Assembly (NCBI GenBank): GCA_964016885.1
Contig: OZ024740.1
Location: 34,844,001-34,908,000 of the forward strand
DNA: 64,000 nt
Source: Eledone cirrhosa
Lineage: Eukaryota
Direction of reading: 5' to 3'
Within the stretch, counting starts at the first letter, position 1; each line of letters begins with the position of its first letter. The translations under genes and the position numbers were made by a program. The notes beneath the pieces are model-generated. The model saw only the letters and a list, made by a program, of their open reading frames with translations. It was not told the DNA's origin and did no database searches. Shown here piece after piece: positions 40,064 through 52,408 of the stretch.

Positions 40064-40418
40064 AAAAAGAGATGAAATCGAAAATGCAACTGGAGTCTTA
40101 TTTTTTTTAAAAATATATATATTTATTTCGTTCCTTTACCGGTTTCGCAGTTCTTCTGCTTTTCAAAAGGTGAGTTGAGATGGAGGGTCTGTGGTTTTTC
40201 TCACATCTGTGAGAAAAACCACAGACCCTCCATCTCAACTCACCTTTTGAAAAGCAGAAGAACTGCGAAACCGGTAAAGGAACGAAATAAATATATATAT
40301 TTTAAAAAAAAATAAGACTCCAGTTGCATTTTCGATTTCATCTCTTTTTCTTTATACTTTCACTCGTGTAGGACACCTCGGTTATTTTTCATTTTGTAAA
40401 AAAAACCTCACTTTCTAA
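40059..40418. mobile_element. Fold-back family B PLE end
   Basis: Near-perfect palindrome centred at ~40207 plus tail. Hammerhead variant at 40243-40280. Confidence 0.82.
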
Positions 40419-40927
40419 TATATATATATATATATATATATTTGTATGTTTATATGTATACGTATTTGTAAGCATATGTGGAACACTCTATGTATATGAA
40501 ATAAACTGTATTAGAGACAGTTTACTTTATTATCTCTTAAGATATAGACATCTCAATGAAAGGATAAGAACTATCAATAAATTAATAAACCAATAATCCA
40601 CCAAGAGAAGAATTAAAAATACTATATATATAAATGGAATAAAGGGGGGGGGGGGCGGATTTTCCCAGTCTCGGAGATTTCTTCAGTGCAAATTTCATTG
40701 AATGTTCATAAGAATCTACCATCTACCTCATACAATAAAACGTTTTCTAGTGTATAACTCCAAAACATCTAGATATATCTTTCAGAAACTTTTTATATCC
40801 TTAAACGCTACAATCCTTGTATAAGGATTTGATAAATACATTGCAAAACAAATAATTAGAAATTATTGTTTAAGATTTCATTTTTGTTATGTAGGGTAGC
40901 GCTTCGTAACTCTCGAGGGAATCTTAG

Positions 40928-41110
40928 GGGCAGTATCCGTAGAGGGTCGGACGTCATGCTTTGTAGCATAGAGTTATGGCCCTTTACGGTCTGAGTTCAA
41001 ATCCCATCGAGGTTAACTTTGCCTTTCATCCTTGCGAGGTAGATAAAATAAAGTACCAGTAATACACTGGTGTATTTGCTGGCCTTGTGCCAAAAGTAGA
41101 CATAATTATT
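40928..41110 (+). mobile_element. SINE family 2
   Basis: Head, B box gagttcaaatcc and central domain. Confidence 0.85.
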
Positions 41111-41249
41111 TTAAATCTGTCGAAGCCCATTTCCTCTTCAGGTCTATTGTTACACTTACTATTAAAACGTAAAATAGAATCCTAAATAAAAACGTCTGCA
41201 TTCATCGCAAATAATATATGCACACACACACACACTCAAACACACAGAA

Positions 41250-41282
<33 letters not shown>

Positions 41283-41287
<5 letters not shown>

Positions 41288-41755
41288 TAAAGAAACGATG
41301 CATCTGGACTTAATTTATTGCGTGTTACAATTGTTTCGCCGGCAGGTAGCTCGAGACATGGTCCCTGTATGGATCTGGCTGATTCTAAGGCTGCAGGTTC
41401 TTTCAGACACGGATAGTTCTTTCGGAGCAAATTTTATCACTGGGTGTTATCATAAAAAAAACACCCTAAAAAAAAAAAAGAAAATAAAAAGTTTTTTTTT
41501 ATGATAACACTCAGTGATAAAATTTGCTCCGAAAGAACTATCCGTGTCTGAAAGAACCTGCAGCTTTAGAATCAGCCAGATCCATACAGGGACCATGTCT
41601 CGAGCTACCTGCCGGCGAAGCAATTGTAACACGCAATAAATTAAGTCTAGATGCATCACTAATTTTTCGTTTTCTTTATACTATCTACATTCTACTCTGC
41701 TGAATATCGAGTGCTAATTTTGGCATACCGCCTATGGAAGCACCATAGCTACCAT
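41283..41755. mobile_element. Fold-back PLE end with paired hammerheads (41321-41411 minus, 41543-41633 plus)
   Basis: CGTGT-CTGAAAGA-stem II-GAAACAATTGTA-ACACG (GAAGC in the + copy). Arms ~180 bp, tail 41684-41755. Confidence 0.8.
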
Positions 41756-41805
41756 TATATATATAGATATATATATTTATATATATATCTATTTATATAT
41801 ATATA

Positions 41806-41861
<56 letters not shown>

Positions 41862-41868
<7 letters not shown>

Positions 41869-42888
41869 GTGAGGTTTTTTTTACAAATTGAAAAATAACC
41901 GAGGTGTCCTACACAAGTGAAAGTAGAAAGAAAAAAAGATGAAATCAAAAATGCAACTGGAGTCTTATTTAAAAAAAATATATATATTTATTTGGTTCCT
42001 TTACCGGTTTCGCAGTTCTTCTGCTTTTCAAAAGGTGAGTTGAGATGGAGGGTCTGTGGTTTTTCTCACATCTGGTTGGTCTCTGAATGTTACTTGTTTT
42101 ATATGGAAAAAGTGGCTCGAAATGCCAGGTTTTTCGAGAAGTAATTTGATTGGTTTGTCAATAATTATAATAAATTTCGCGCCAGTTCGGTTACAATAGT
42201 TCTTCAAATAAGAGGGGGGGGGGTTGTCACAGGTTGTTTTTTCATATATGAGTATTTGAATTTCTTTTTACTTGAAAAAAGGGGCTCACGAAGGCTTTTT
42301 TTTGGTTGGTTATAAATGAAATTATGGCTGTCACGTCAACAAGTTTTCATTAAATGTTCGTGCCCTTATTTGGAAATCCATTCTGTAGCCGTTTTAGAGA
42401 ATTTTATGATAAGTGAAAGATAGTGGTCAAGAGAAAGGGATGGGAAAATTGTTCTGGTTCAGTGAATATGGTTAGTTCGCTGGGGTGTCAGAATTCAGAT
42501 TTTCTATTGAATAAAGAAAGTAAAGATATGTATGTTTATTTGTGTGCTTGTGTGTGTGTGCGTGTGTGTGTGTGTGTTGTGTGTGTGTGTGTTTGAATTT
42601 CTTTACTTAAAAAAAAGGGCGGCTCACGTTTATTAAAAAAAAAGCCTTCGTGAGCCACCTTTTTTTAAAGTAAAGAAATTCAAACACACACACAACACAC
42701 ACGCACATATAAAACAAGTAACATTCAGAGACCAACCAGATGTGAGAAAAAACACAGACCCTCCATCTCAACTGACCTTTTGAAAAGCAGAAGAACTGCG
42801 AAACCGGTAAAGGAACCAAATAAATATATATATTTTTTAAAAAGATAAGACTCCAGTTGCATTTTCGATTTCATCGCTTTTTCTTTAT
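41862..42888. mobile_element. Family B fold-back with internal spacer
   Basis: Arms ~41935-42100/42705-42888. The minus-strand spacer contains LFNRKSE, resembling the endonuclease C-terminus. Confidence 0.7.
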
Positions 42889-42944
42889 ATATATATATAT
42901 ATATATATAGTAATAATAATAAATAATAATATATATATATATAT

Positions 42945-43107
42945 ATAACGAAGGAAGTGTGGTAAGCAACCACGTGGACCATAACCCATCAGAGTACTCG
43001 ATACTTAGAGTAGTAGAGTGGGTAATAGGAAAAGAGTCAGGACCCCTGTTCGGATCTAGCTGTCGAAACGGCCGGAGCTCAGCCGTCGCGGTCCTGACTC
43101 TTTTCCT
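42945..43107 (-). mobile_element. Mini fold-back PLE end, diverged family A
   Basis: Arms ggaaaagagtcaggacc/ggtcctgactcttttcc, with GAAACGGC-cggagctca-GCCGTC. Confidence 0.75.
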
Positions 43108-43265
43108 ATATATATATATATTATTAGAAAATGAAGTTTTTTACAAAATGAAAAATAACCGAGGTGTCCTACACGAGTGTAAGTATAAAGAAAAAAAGAT
43201 GAAATCGAAAATGCAACTGGAGTCTTATATATATATATTTATTTGGTTCCTTTACCGGTTTCGCA

Positions 43266-43319
<54 letters not shown>

Positions 43320-43604
43320 TTGTGGCCTCCCACAATTCGCCTCGGTCTGTACTGTGCTCAAATCTATTCATAAGGCACCTATTGTCATCGGTCGTAATGT
43401 CCATATTCCTAAGAATAAAAGATGCTAAGAGGTATTTAAACATCGCATAACATAATTTAAAAAATTTATTTAGAATATCTAAATACATAAAAATAATAAA
43501 TAAAAAAATAAAAAATGTACTCTACGAAAATGATAAAACATTTACAGAACTTCAGTATGTACAATGTTTTTAGCGTCCGATAGGTTTATAGGTCTGGATA
43601 CCTC

Positions 43605-43790
43605 CAGGGATCATTTGTGAGAGATTTTGTTGATAGCATTCACTGTGATGTTTTGCGGCGCAAGGATTGTTCTTTCACACAGCAACTCCTTATTGAAATG
43701 GTGGATTTGTAAATTGGAGAACACTTAATTAATTAGGCTTACAACACTTTCCACAACAGTACAAAATGACGAAGGATTTGAACATGCTTC
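43605..43790 (-). mobile_element. Helitron PIF1-like helicase fragment
   Basis: Manual translation gives FCTVVESV..VFSNL..LCERTILAPQNITVNAINK..MIPG, matching the Helitron ERAILAPxNxxVxxIN motif. Confidence 0.6.
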
Positions 43791-45034
43791 AGTGTCAAGG
43801 GAGTGCTTTTCTATAAATTGAAACGGCTGAGAGGTGCTCATCTGTTACTCCGAGTGTCTCCCGCTTTTCTCGCCTCTGTAATTCGCACTTAAGAAATCTT
43901 CGAGGCTGGGAAAATCCGAGTCCCCCCATTCCATTTTCGGAAATGAAGGCGATATATAATAAAGAAAGAAAACAATAGAAAAATGTGTTTTACGAAAATT
44001 ATAAAACATTTATAGAACTTCAATATATACAATGTTTTAAACTTTTTTCTTTGGGGCATATATGAAGAGTTTGTGGGGTTTTCCTAGTCTGGAATAACCT
44101 ATATACAATTTACAATGTGAGAAAGATTCCTCTTCTAGATGGAGACCAACATCCTGCAAACGGTGTTACTAAAGTACTATAAGTGGCACCAGTTTAAATA
44201 CACAATGCTAATAGGGTGTCCTATGTTGAAAGTGTGTATGGATAGCGATATCGGTTTGCTATTGGCGTAATTTGCAGAGTATTTATATTAAATAAGAGAA
44301 CGAAGTTTCAGTTTAACATATTTTATTCATTATGAATAAAATATGGTAAACTAACTTCGTTCTCTCTTACTTTATATATATATATATCATATGAATTCGC
44401 TATAGTGTATATAAATTACTATAGTGTATATAAATGGGAATGTTGATTCATACACTCATACACTGAAAATAGTTGAATCCAAGACATACACCTTTACAAA
44501 TATTTCTTTGGTTTTCTTAGGGAAAAGTTTTATTTTAAAAATACATTACTAACATATTTTTTTAAATCATCATTTTTTTTCGAATGTCTATTCTTTTTTC
44601 TGTTGGGAGCTAAAAAGAACAAATTTCAGATAAAAATTCCCACACCCTGTAACATTCTCCTTGAAATATAAATCCCTTTGCAAAATGTAAGTTACTTAGG
44701 TGTAAAACTGTGACCTACAACTTGGAATATACATTCATTTTTATATATGAAGACGCACTTACATTTGAATATGATGGATAGATACTTTCGTCATTTTGAT
44801 ACAGGAGTTTCAATGACCTAATGCTTGTGTCTATGGTGAATCATCAAATGTGCATTAGATTTACAGAAATCTCAATCCTTAGAAATCACAGCACGATTAG
44901 AGTAATCTGGTAACATACTGAACTCAAAGTTTTGCCTCCTCTGATTTTTGTTAGCTTACCTAACCTTAAGGACTCAGAATGTTTTATTACGTAGTTGAAT
45001 TCATAATTTGTGAACCTTCATCACATTTTTGAAG

Positions 45035-45290
45035 AGTGTTACGAAGTGTTGGACTTACGATCATAATGTCGTAGGTTCGATTCCTGGACCGGGTTGTGTG
45101 TTATATTCTTGAGCAAAACGCTTCATATCACCTTTCTCCATTATACTCAGCTAAAAATGAGTACTAACAGTAGCTGAAGTTTCAACTCTGCGATAGACAG
45201 GCGTCCTGTCCAGGGGGAAGTCTTGTACTCTCAGTGGCTTAACGCCATGAAAACCGGGATAAGCCTCCTGGCTCGAGGCAGACTTTAGAC
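45035..45290 (+). mobile_element. tRNA-derived SINE, family 1 relative
   Basis: B box ggttcgattcc and ttcttgagcaa core. Confidence 0.7.
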
Positions 45291-45849
45291 TTTTACGGGT
45301 GTCTTTGAATAAATTAAATTCGATTAAAATTTTTCTCTATATATTAAGAGGTCCCCCAATATTTTGTGTGCAATCATAAAGTTGGCTGTTTAGTTTAAGA
45401 GAACTATTGGCAGGCGTTTCTCATTCATTCGAATTACTTGACCACTCCACCAAAACGTCAACAATTGAGGTGCCTGAGGTCAACATTAAAATATACTAAC
45501 AGATGCAACACAAACAACGTTTATAGAATATGTATAATTGTTCTATATGTGGCCTATAAGAAGTCCAGGTCTGGAATTCATAAAGTAAGGCAGAAAAGAC
45601 TCAGCTCGATATACATCTACCTTTGTTACCTCACTTGTTACAGCACAGTACTGCAATTTTCAGAAGGGATTAGTTGTTTTGGATAACTTATATAATCTTG
45701 GCATCCAAGGAAGAAATAGCATTGATTTAATTATCAAAATAGGGAAACACTATCACATATTTTATATCATAGACTTGAATGTGAATTTTGGAAAACTATA
45801 ACCTGCCTGGTGTTTTAGTCCTTTCTTGTTGGTTGGTTTAGACTGGTGA

Positions 45850-46560
45850 ATTACTTCTTTCTATAATTTTATGGAGAAAAGAAAGATTTGAAACGTTCAT
45901 CTATTGACTGAGAAAAGATGTCACAAATACTGCTACCTAAGCAGTAAGTAGGGTATTACGAATAAAGTTCTTCCTATTCAGTGATTTTACTATGAATCTC
46001 CAGTATTTAAACAATCTTCTATTATTACCCGACACAAATATGACCACCCTGTCAAAATCTTGAAAAGTCTAATAAAACATAGTTGAAGAATAAAGAACAA
46101 ACACTAAAGGAACCACGACACAGCTTTACTAAGTACGATTATTAACTCCTAAGGATTTAAATATTTCTCTATCTGAGATAACTGCAGCTCCCTCATGAAA
46201 GGAATTATTAACATTTAGCATGTTATCAGGTACGCCCATTTTTTTACTACTTTCCTGACTCTCTAAGATATTGCTTACCAATAATTTAACAAAAATTCCG
46301 ATTTCTTATTTCTTGTACTTTTTCTGCAACCTGTCTCAAAAGGTATATCATATTGATTTTCTCTAAAGCCACATTGCGATTCAGGGTACATTTCTGCTTC
46401 AAAATGAGTGATTAGTTTGTTTAGGATATACAGAGCCAAGATTTTGCCAGTAATAGAAAGACGGAAAATATTGCGATGGTTACCATACATTTCTATAACA
46501 CTTATTTTTGATTGAAGCATTCTTAAAGTCTTATGGAACATGCCCATTGCTTTGTATTAA
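45850..46560 (-). mobile_element. Highly degenerate RTE RT fragment
   Basis: GNHRNIFRLSITGKILA..PESQCGFR. Confidence 0.7.
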
Positions 46561-46626
46561 AGAAAACGTTCCAAGAATTTGTTACTCAATTATCTAATAC
46601 CATATTTGTATATATATATATATATA

Positions 46627-49600
46627 TAAAATAAAGTTAAATAAAAGTCAAATGATTAAAATTTAGCTTCGTTTATTACTGCTATATATATTTCAGTGAC
46701 AGCCATCTTTGGCTGTGACCTCTTCAGGCAGTTTGAATTAGTATGGTATAGACAAGTACATATGTTGTTTAGGTGTATAATATTGTCAATACTCTGATAT
46801 GCCCAGTTCCCTGTTGGGTTGTTAATTCACTGACGAACTGGAGTCATATGAATTCAAACAAACGAATTTCAGTGTCAAAGGTCCCCTTCTCTCATTGGTC
46901 AGTTGTTAGAACATTCCTCATTCTAAGTGTTGTTATTGTTGGAGTTAGCTTAAAAATTGATAAAATGGTAGAAGGGACAAGGTGTTAAAGGAACAAAATA
47001 ACAAAATAACCCATTGGTCAGTTCTGAGAGCATTCCTCAGTCAGAAGTCTATAGAATTCTTTCTGGGGTGAGGCTCCCTGTAGTGTTTTTGCCTGCTATT
47101 GTTCAGTACATTTGACCTCCACCATTATTTTGGTACTGTTGTTGGTGTAGTGTTCAGCTTATATCTTGCTGCTGCTGCTAACAATTTAGAAGTATCCAGT
47201 TTGTGTTTTTTCTTCATCCCTCCTGCCACCATCGTAGTGGTGGTGGTGGGAGGAGGGGTTCTTCCATGTATATGAAGAAATATAAGGCAATAAATGAAGA
47301 AAACCGAAAATAAATAAATAATATAATAAAATAATTAGTATAATTTGTGTAATTTGAAAATAAATAAATAAATAGAGAATAAAGAATAAAGAATAAATGA
47401 GAGATTGGTGAAAATGTAATGAAAATGAATATGGAGAAGTGAGAAATAATGTAGGATAAAGTGTGTGTGTGTGCTATAACCAATCTCAAGGTCAGAATAT
47501 GTTGGATAGATTGGTATGAGACAAGATGTTAAGATGAGATATTCAAACTAAATGTGTTTGTGTTATAATCCATCTCAACTTAAAATAAATATAAGGTGAT
47601 ACAGTGAAGAGGGCAGAAAACAAATAACAAATTAATAAAGAGAAATCAAGATTTAAGATTGGAACTTGAAAGTCAGAAATCTGGTAAATTAAAAGTGTTT
47701 GTGTTATAGATGTTGGCCAGATTATTATGTCTGTGTCAGAATCTATCTCTAGGCTATCATAGTGTCTGCTCCGCCTGGGTTGTTCCCTGTGGCTTGAGGG
47801 GAGTTCACAACCTAGGGTGTTGTTATTGCCCATATAGCTTGAGGGAGGTCTGGCCGAGAGGTGTTTTCATGTTCTGTAGAAGTCCCTATAGCTTGAGGGG
47901 AGTTCACATCTTCTTGTGTTGCTACTGTCCATATATCTTGAGAAAGGTCCCGGCTCTAAGATGCCTGCATGTCCCGAAGAAGTCGGTTCTGAGGTTTATC
48001 AGGCCGCTTCCACCTCTTAGTATCTCGAGGGTATCGTTTAGGCATAGTTTGCATATGCAAGATCCCCCTTTATCGGGTGGTACTTTCCTGATTATGTACC
48101 AGGCCAGAGAGTATGGGGTCCTGTCCAGCTTAAGCTTCCAGATCAGGTCGGAGAGAGCTGTGCTTTTCCTTTTGGCCTCCTTCTTGAATGAATTGCGATG
48201 GTTGTACCAGCGGTCCTTAAAGCTCGTTGATGTGGCTCCTATGTAGAGGTGTTCGAAGTTGGGGGTTTTAACCCTACAACCGTACACTAGGTTCTTCTTG
48301 AGACATTCATTACCAAGGGGGCATGATTCGGGGTTTCTGCAGTTGCAGAGGGTGGTCGGCCTCTGCGTGCCTGGATTAGGGTTCTCGTTATGTGTTACAT
48401 GTTGGTCTTCCCCCATGCTCGGTAGGGGGTCCTCGGGTCTGTTTGTGTTTCTTGGGTGGGCTCTGGGTCCCCCTTCCCTCCTTTCACATGGTTCTGCTGA
48501 GTGTTTGTATTGCCATCTTCTGGTTGTGTGTGGTTTTTAAGCCTACTTCTGTTGATGCTAGCTATGTGTTGGGCCAAATTTCTCGTGGTGGAATACGAAA
48601 GCTTCACAGTGTGTCTGTTGAAGATCCAGTGGTATCTGTGGTCCCTCGGGAAGCATTTGTCAAGTGCTCCAAAGAATAATCGGGCCAAGCTTTTCTTTAG
48701 GGCCGCTGAGTAGGATGGGTTGTACCACGTGATTTGTCGGTGTCTCCTCCTGTGTGGGTCGGGGGCTTCGTGATTTGTTGGAGATTTGTTGGGTTGCTGG
48801 TGGTTTCCGCACTGTTGCTTCCCCTTTTGGGCTCTATGCTTTTTGTTATCTTCGCGGCCCGGATTTGTGGGGTGGTCGTTGTCCGCCCCGGGAGATCCAT
48901 CGTGGGGTGGTCGCCCGTTCCCCCCCCCCACGTGTCCTGCGGTTGGAGTCGTCCGTCCTGGGGTGGTTAGCGTCACGCCTGAGACTGCTACTGATATTGT
49001 GTTCCATCTCGTGGTCAAGCGCACTAGTCCCCACCGCCCGTGTGGTGGTGTCTGGTGCATGGTGCCTATTTGATTCTGCTCTGCCTGTATTGTTAGGGTT
49101 CGCCCTCCCCCCTCTGGCAACGCGGTTGTGGGTGTCTGTTGGGCTATCCACCTCCCGGCTTTTCGGACTATATGTTATATTTTGTCCATGTGCCGCCTTC
49201 TTTAGAGCTGCGTTGTAATATTCCGCGTGGTTGTTGAATATTTCCTTACTTGCGGACAGGCTGGAGATCCTGTCCGAGACACTCTTCACCACTGCCTTGG
49301 TTATGGATCTAGGGTGGTTTGATTTGGCGTTAACATATACGAGTTTCTCGTTGGGCTTGTGGTAGGGGTAGTATTGCTCGGTGTTCAGGTTTAGGGTGGT
49401 GTCTAGGAAGTTAACTACCTTCCTATTTGGGTCTATTTCTATGCTGAGCCCCTGGTTCTTAAAGAAATGGCGTTTGTTTGAATTCATATGACTCCAATTC
49501 CTCAGTGAATTAACAACCCAACAGGGAACTGGGCATATCAGAGTATTGACAATATTATACACCTAAACAACATATGTACTTGTCTATACCATACTAATTC

Positions 49601-49800
49601 AAACTGCCTGAAGAGGTCACAGCCAAAGATGGCTGTCACTGAAATATATATAGCAGTAATAAACGAAGCTAAATTTTAATCATTTGACTTTTATTTAACT
49701 TTATTTTACACTACTCCGGAGTAACCAAACCAACCTGCGCACTTTGTCGAGTGCTCCAGCCTGCATACTGAGGTGTTGGTATACAACCAACATAAACTCA
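46627..49800 (-). mobile_element. Penelope-like element (Naiad-like) with inverted pLTRs and tail
   Basis: RT C-terminus VNFLDTTLNL..YHKPN..SNHP, WYNP..LSYS, linker CNCRNPESCPL, endonuclease VYGC..YIGAT..RWYNH..CKLCLND..CRH over three frames. Arms 46627-46868/49470-49708, tail to 49800, (TA)n flanks. Confidence 0.93.
49603..49657 (+). ncRNA. Minimal type I hammerhead ribozyme (mirror at 46678-46732, minus)
   Basis: ACTGC-CTGAAGA-GGTCACAGCC..GGCTGTCACT-GAAA-TATATA-TA-GCAGT. Confidence 0.87.
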
Positions 49801-49974
49801 ATATATATATATATATATTTGAAACGTAGTCGTCTCAACATAAATGACTAAAATAATAATAGTCACTCATTATAAATAATAGTTGAGAAAATCGAGTAAA
49901 ATACTCCCGGTGACGGTAAAAAGCGAATAGAGGTGCCTGCGAGGAAACAAACCTCACATCTTTCGAATGAGCAC

Positions 49975-50138
49975 GAGAATGATGACTACAACAGTGAGTA
50001 CTACAACTAGCAGGACGATGATGATGATGATGGCGACGACAACGACGATGATAATCATGATGACAATGATGATGATGATGACGACAATGATAAAGATGAT
50101 GGCAGCAATGATAATGATGATAATGGTGATAATGATAG
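49975..50138. repeat. Degenerate (GAT)n microsatellite
   Basis: Direct inspection. Confidence 0.85.
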
Positions 50139-50357
50139 TGGTTTCTTATATAGGCACAAGGACAGCAATTTTGGGGAGAGGGGAAAGTCGATCAAATCGA
50201 CCCCAGTGCGTGACTGGTACTTTATTTTATCGACCCCATAAGGATGAAAGGCAAAGTTAACCTCGCCGGGATTTGAACTCTGATCATAAAGGGACGTAAC
50301 TCTATGCTGCAAAGCATGGCGTTCGACGCTTTACCGATTCTGCTAATCCACCGCCCT
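50139..50357 (-). mobile_element. SINE family 2
   Basis: Near-identical to 27519-27736. Confidence 0.88.
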
Positions 50358-50543
50358 GATGATGATAATAATGATGATACCACTTACCCAAAATTCACTC
50401 GATGACTGTTAGGAAGGAGTCATGAGTGCAGGTTGTCCGTTCGGTTTAGTGTGTTTTCTGAGTGTTTGTGGATTGATTGGAGCAATAAGGGTCTTATTTA
50501 GTATATATATTGCTTAATTGAGAATAATGTTTATGTCTTTTAG

Positions 50544-50689
50544 TTCCGCTATGCCACGGGATTGGATATTCTGTTCATGATAATTGGTGGAATTGGTGCA
50601 GTCGTCCACGGGGTTGCAATACCCCTTTTGATAATTGTATTCAGCGAAATGTTAGACAAAATGGCTGTTATCAACACGAATGTAGACAA
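50544..50689 (+). CDS. ABCB1: ABCB1-like exon, TM1 (FRYATGLDILFMIIGGIGAVVHGVAIPLLIIVFSEMLDKM...)
   Basis: cttttag acceptor, gtaagt donor. Clear match to the P-glycoprotein FRYS..D..M..G..A..HG..P...VFGEM segment. Not present in the ORF track. Confidence 0.92.
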
Positions 50690-51233
50690 GTAAGTGTTAT
50701 TTCATATTTCGGCTACATAATAACACAGAATAAATTAAAAATTTCAATTAATTTAAGTTTTATGATTGACCTATTCGTTTTATTTTTGTCAGGAGAGAAA
50801 CAATTTTACATTTCGTTATTTCATTGACAAATATTTATTAATAGTGGAATTCAATTGTAAAATCACATTTATTTTATTTCGCATTTATTTTTTTAGTCAC
50901 GAAAATAATGGTTCCTATTATAGGCACAGGGCCAGCAATTTTGGGGGATGGGAAGTCGATTAAATCGACCCCAGTGCGTGTATATAAATAGGGAGACACA
51001 AAGCAGGCTTTGTTTACTAGCGGCGAAAATTAGAATTTGAAAATTAGGTAGTAACATGAGCTGCTGCAGTATTTGACTAAATACAATTAGTCTGTTTGTA
51101 TTTAAAAAAAACCTCTGAATGGAAAAAAAGGATCATATAATAATGTAATATATATATATTATATAATAGTGTAATATATAATATATAATATAGCCTATAA
51201 TACGTAATGTAATATATGATATATTATATAATA

Positions 51234-51841
51234 ATTGTTTCTACTTTTGGCACAAGACCAGCAATTATCCCAGTGCATTACTGGTACTTTATTTTATCGA
51301 CCCCATAAGGATGAAAGGCAAAGTTAACCTCGGCTGGATTTGAACTCAGAACGTAAAGGGCCATAACTCTATGCTACAAAGCAGACTGTCCGACCCTCTA
51401 CGGATACTACAATTCCACCGGAAGGCGCATGGCTTAGTGGTTAGAGCATTGGGCTTGCGATCGAAAGGTTGTGAGTTCAATTCATGGACAGGGTGATGTG
51501 TTGTTTCCTTGAGCAAGACACTTTATTTTACGTTGCTCCAGTTTACTCAGCTGTAGAAATGAGATGATAGGACTGGTGTCCCTATCATAAAAAAAACCAA
51601 AGACACCTCCAACCAGATATACCCTGGAGGAGGCCAGCTAAACCTGCATAGGTGTGAGCTGTAACAACAACAACAACAAGTTGACAAGGCTGGTTCTTCG
51701 AATTACAGGTGCAACTTATTTTTGTTGACTGAGTGGACTGGAGCAATGTGAAATAAAGTGTCTTGCAAGGACTCAAAGTGCCACCAGGATTCGAACTTGC
51801 AGCTTTATGATCATGAGCCTAATACTTAGCTACGCGCCTTC
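51234..51841. mobile_element. SINE cluster: family 2 (minus, 51234-51420), family 1 (plus, 51424-51560; minus, ~51680-51841)
   Basis: A/B boxes and shared core sequences. Confidence 0.8.
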
Positions 51842-51945
51842 ACACTATATAATTAAAGTATTATATAATACACCATGTGATTACAGATAATAGATAGCTA
51901 AAATATCGACTATGCCTGTTTTTCCTATTCGGTGCTTTACTTGGA

Positions 51946-52408
51946 CTAGCAGAAAATCACCATTCTGCTAGCATGTATAGTGTGCATATTGATATTATAT
52001 GCAAGTATATATGCATGTAGATATGATACATCAAATAAAATCGTAATTGACAATATACACAAAAATTGAACGAAGACTGCGGTACACTGTCTTATGTAAT
52101 CAGTAACGTAATCCACGATACATTAAAAAAGACAATATTATATATAAACTGCATTAGGAGAAAATTAGTGACGGAAATATATGAATATTTATTTAAGCAA
52201 TCGCTAACCGGAAGTGTTGACATTTGAAAATTTTAAAGAAGTGAATCTTTAAATAAACAATAAAATATATTTAATCAAAAGCTACGAAATTTAGCAGATA
52301 AATTATGTAATATTGATTCATTATTTATTCAAAGTAATCCAACTTATTTTACAAACGGGATAAAAAATTATATTCTGGATGCAGTCCCGCACTCCTTTCT
52401 TATTATAG
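51946..52408 (-). mobile_element. Helitron-like non-autonomous repeat
   Basis: Direct homologue of 56530-57009, with a terminal hairpin plus CTAG. Confidence 0.6.

Noticed and set aside
40340-40418. Tail hairpin motif in family B
   Set aside because: actc-gtgt-agg-acac is present but no GAGYRCT partner is, so it was not counted. This is a real exception to the pattern.
40655-40690. Hammerhead (ctgaaga..gaaa on minus, relative at ~43885)
   Set aside because: No convincing stem III, NUH triplet or stem I could be drawn.
48846-49562. ORF start MYNIVNTLICPVP.. as the PLE N-terminus
   Set aside because: The first ~30 residues come from the inverted pLTR arm. True RT sequence starts near 49470.
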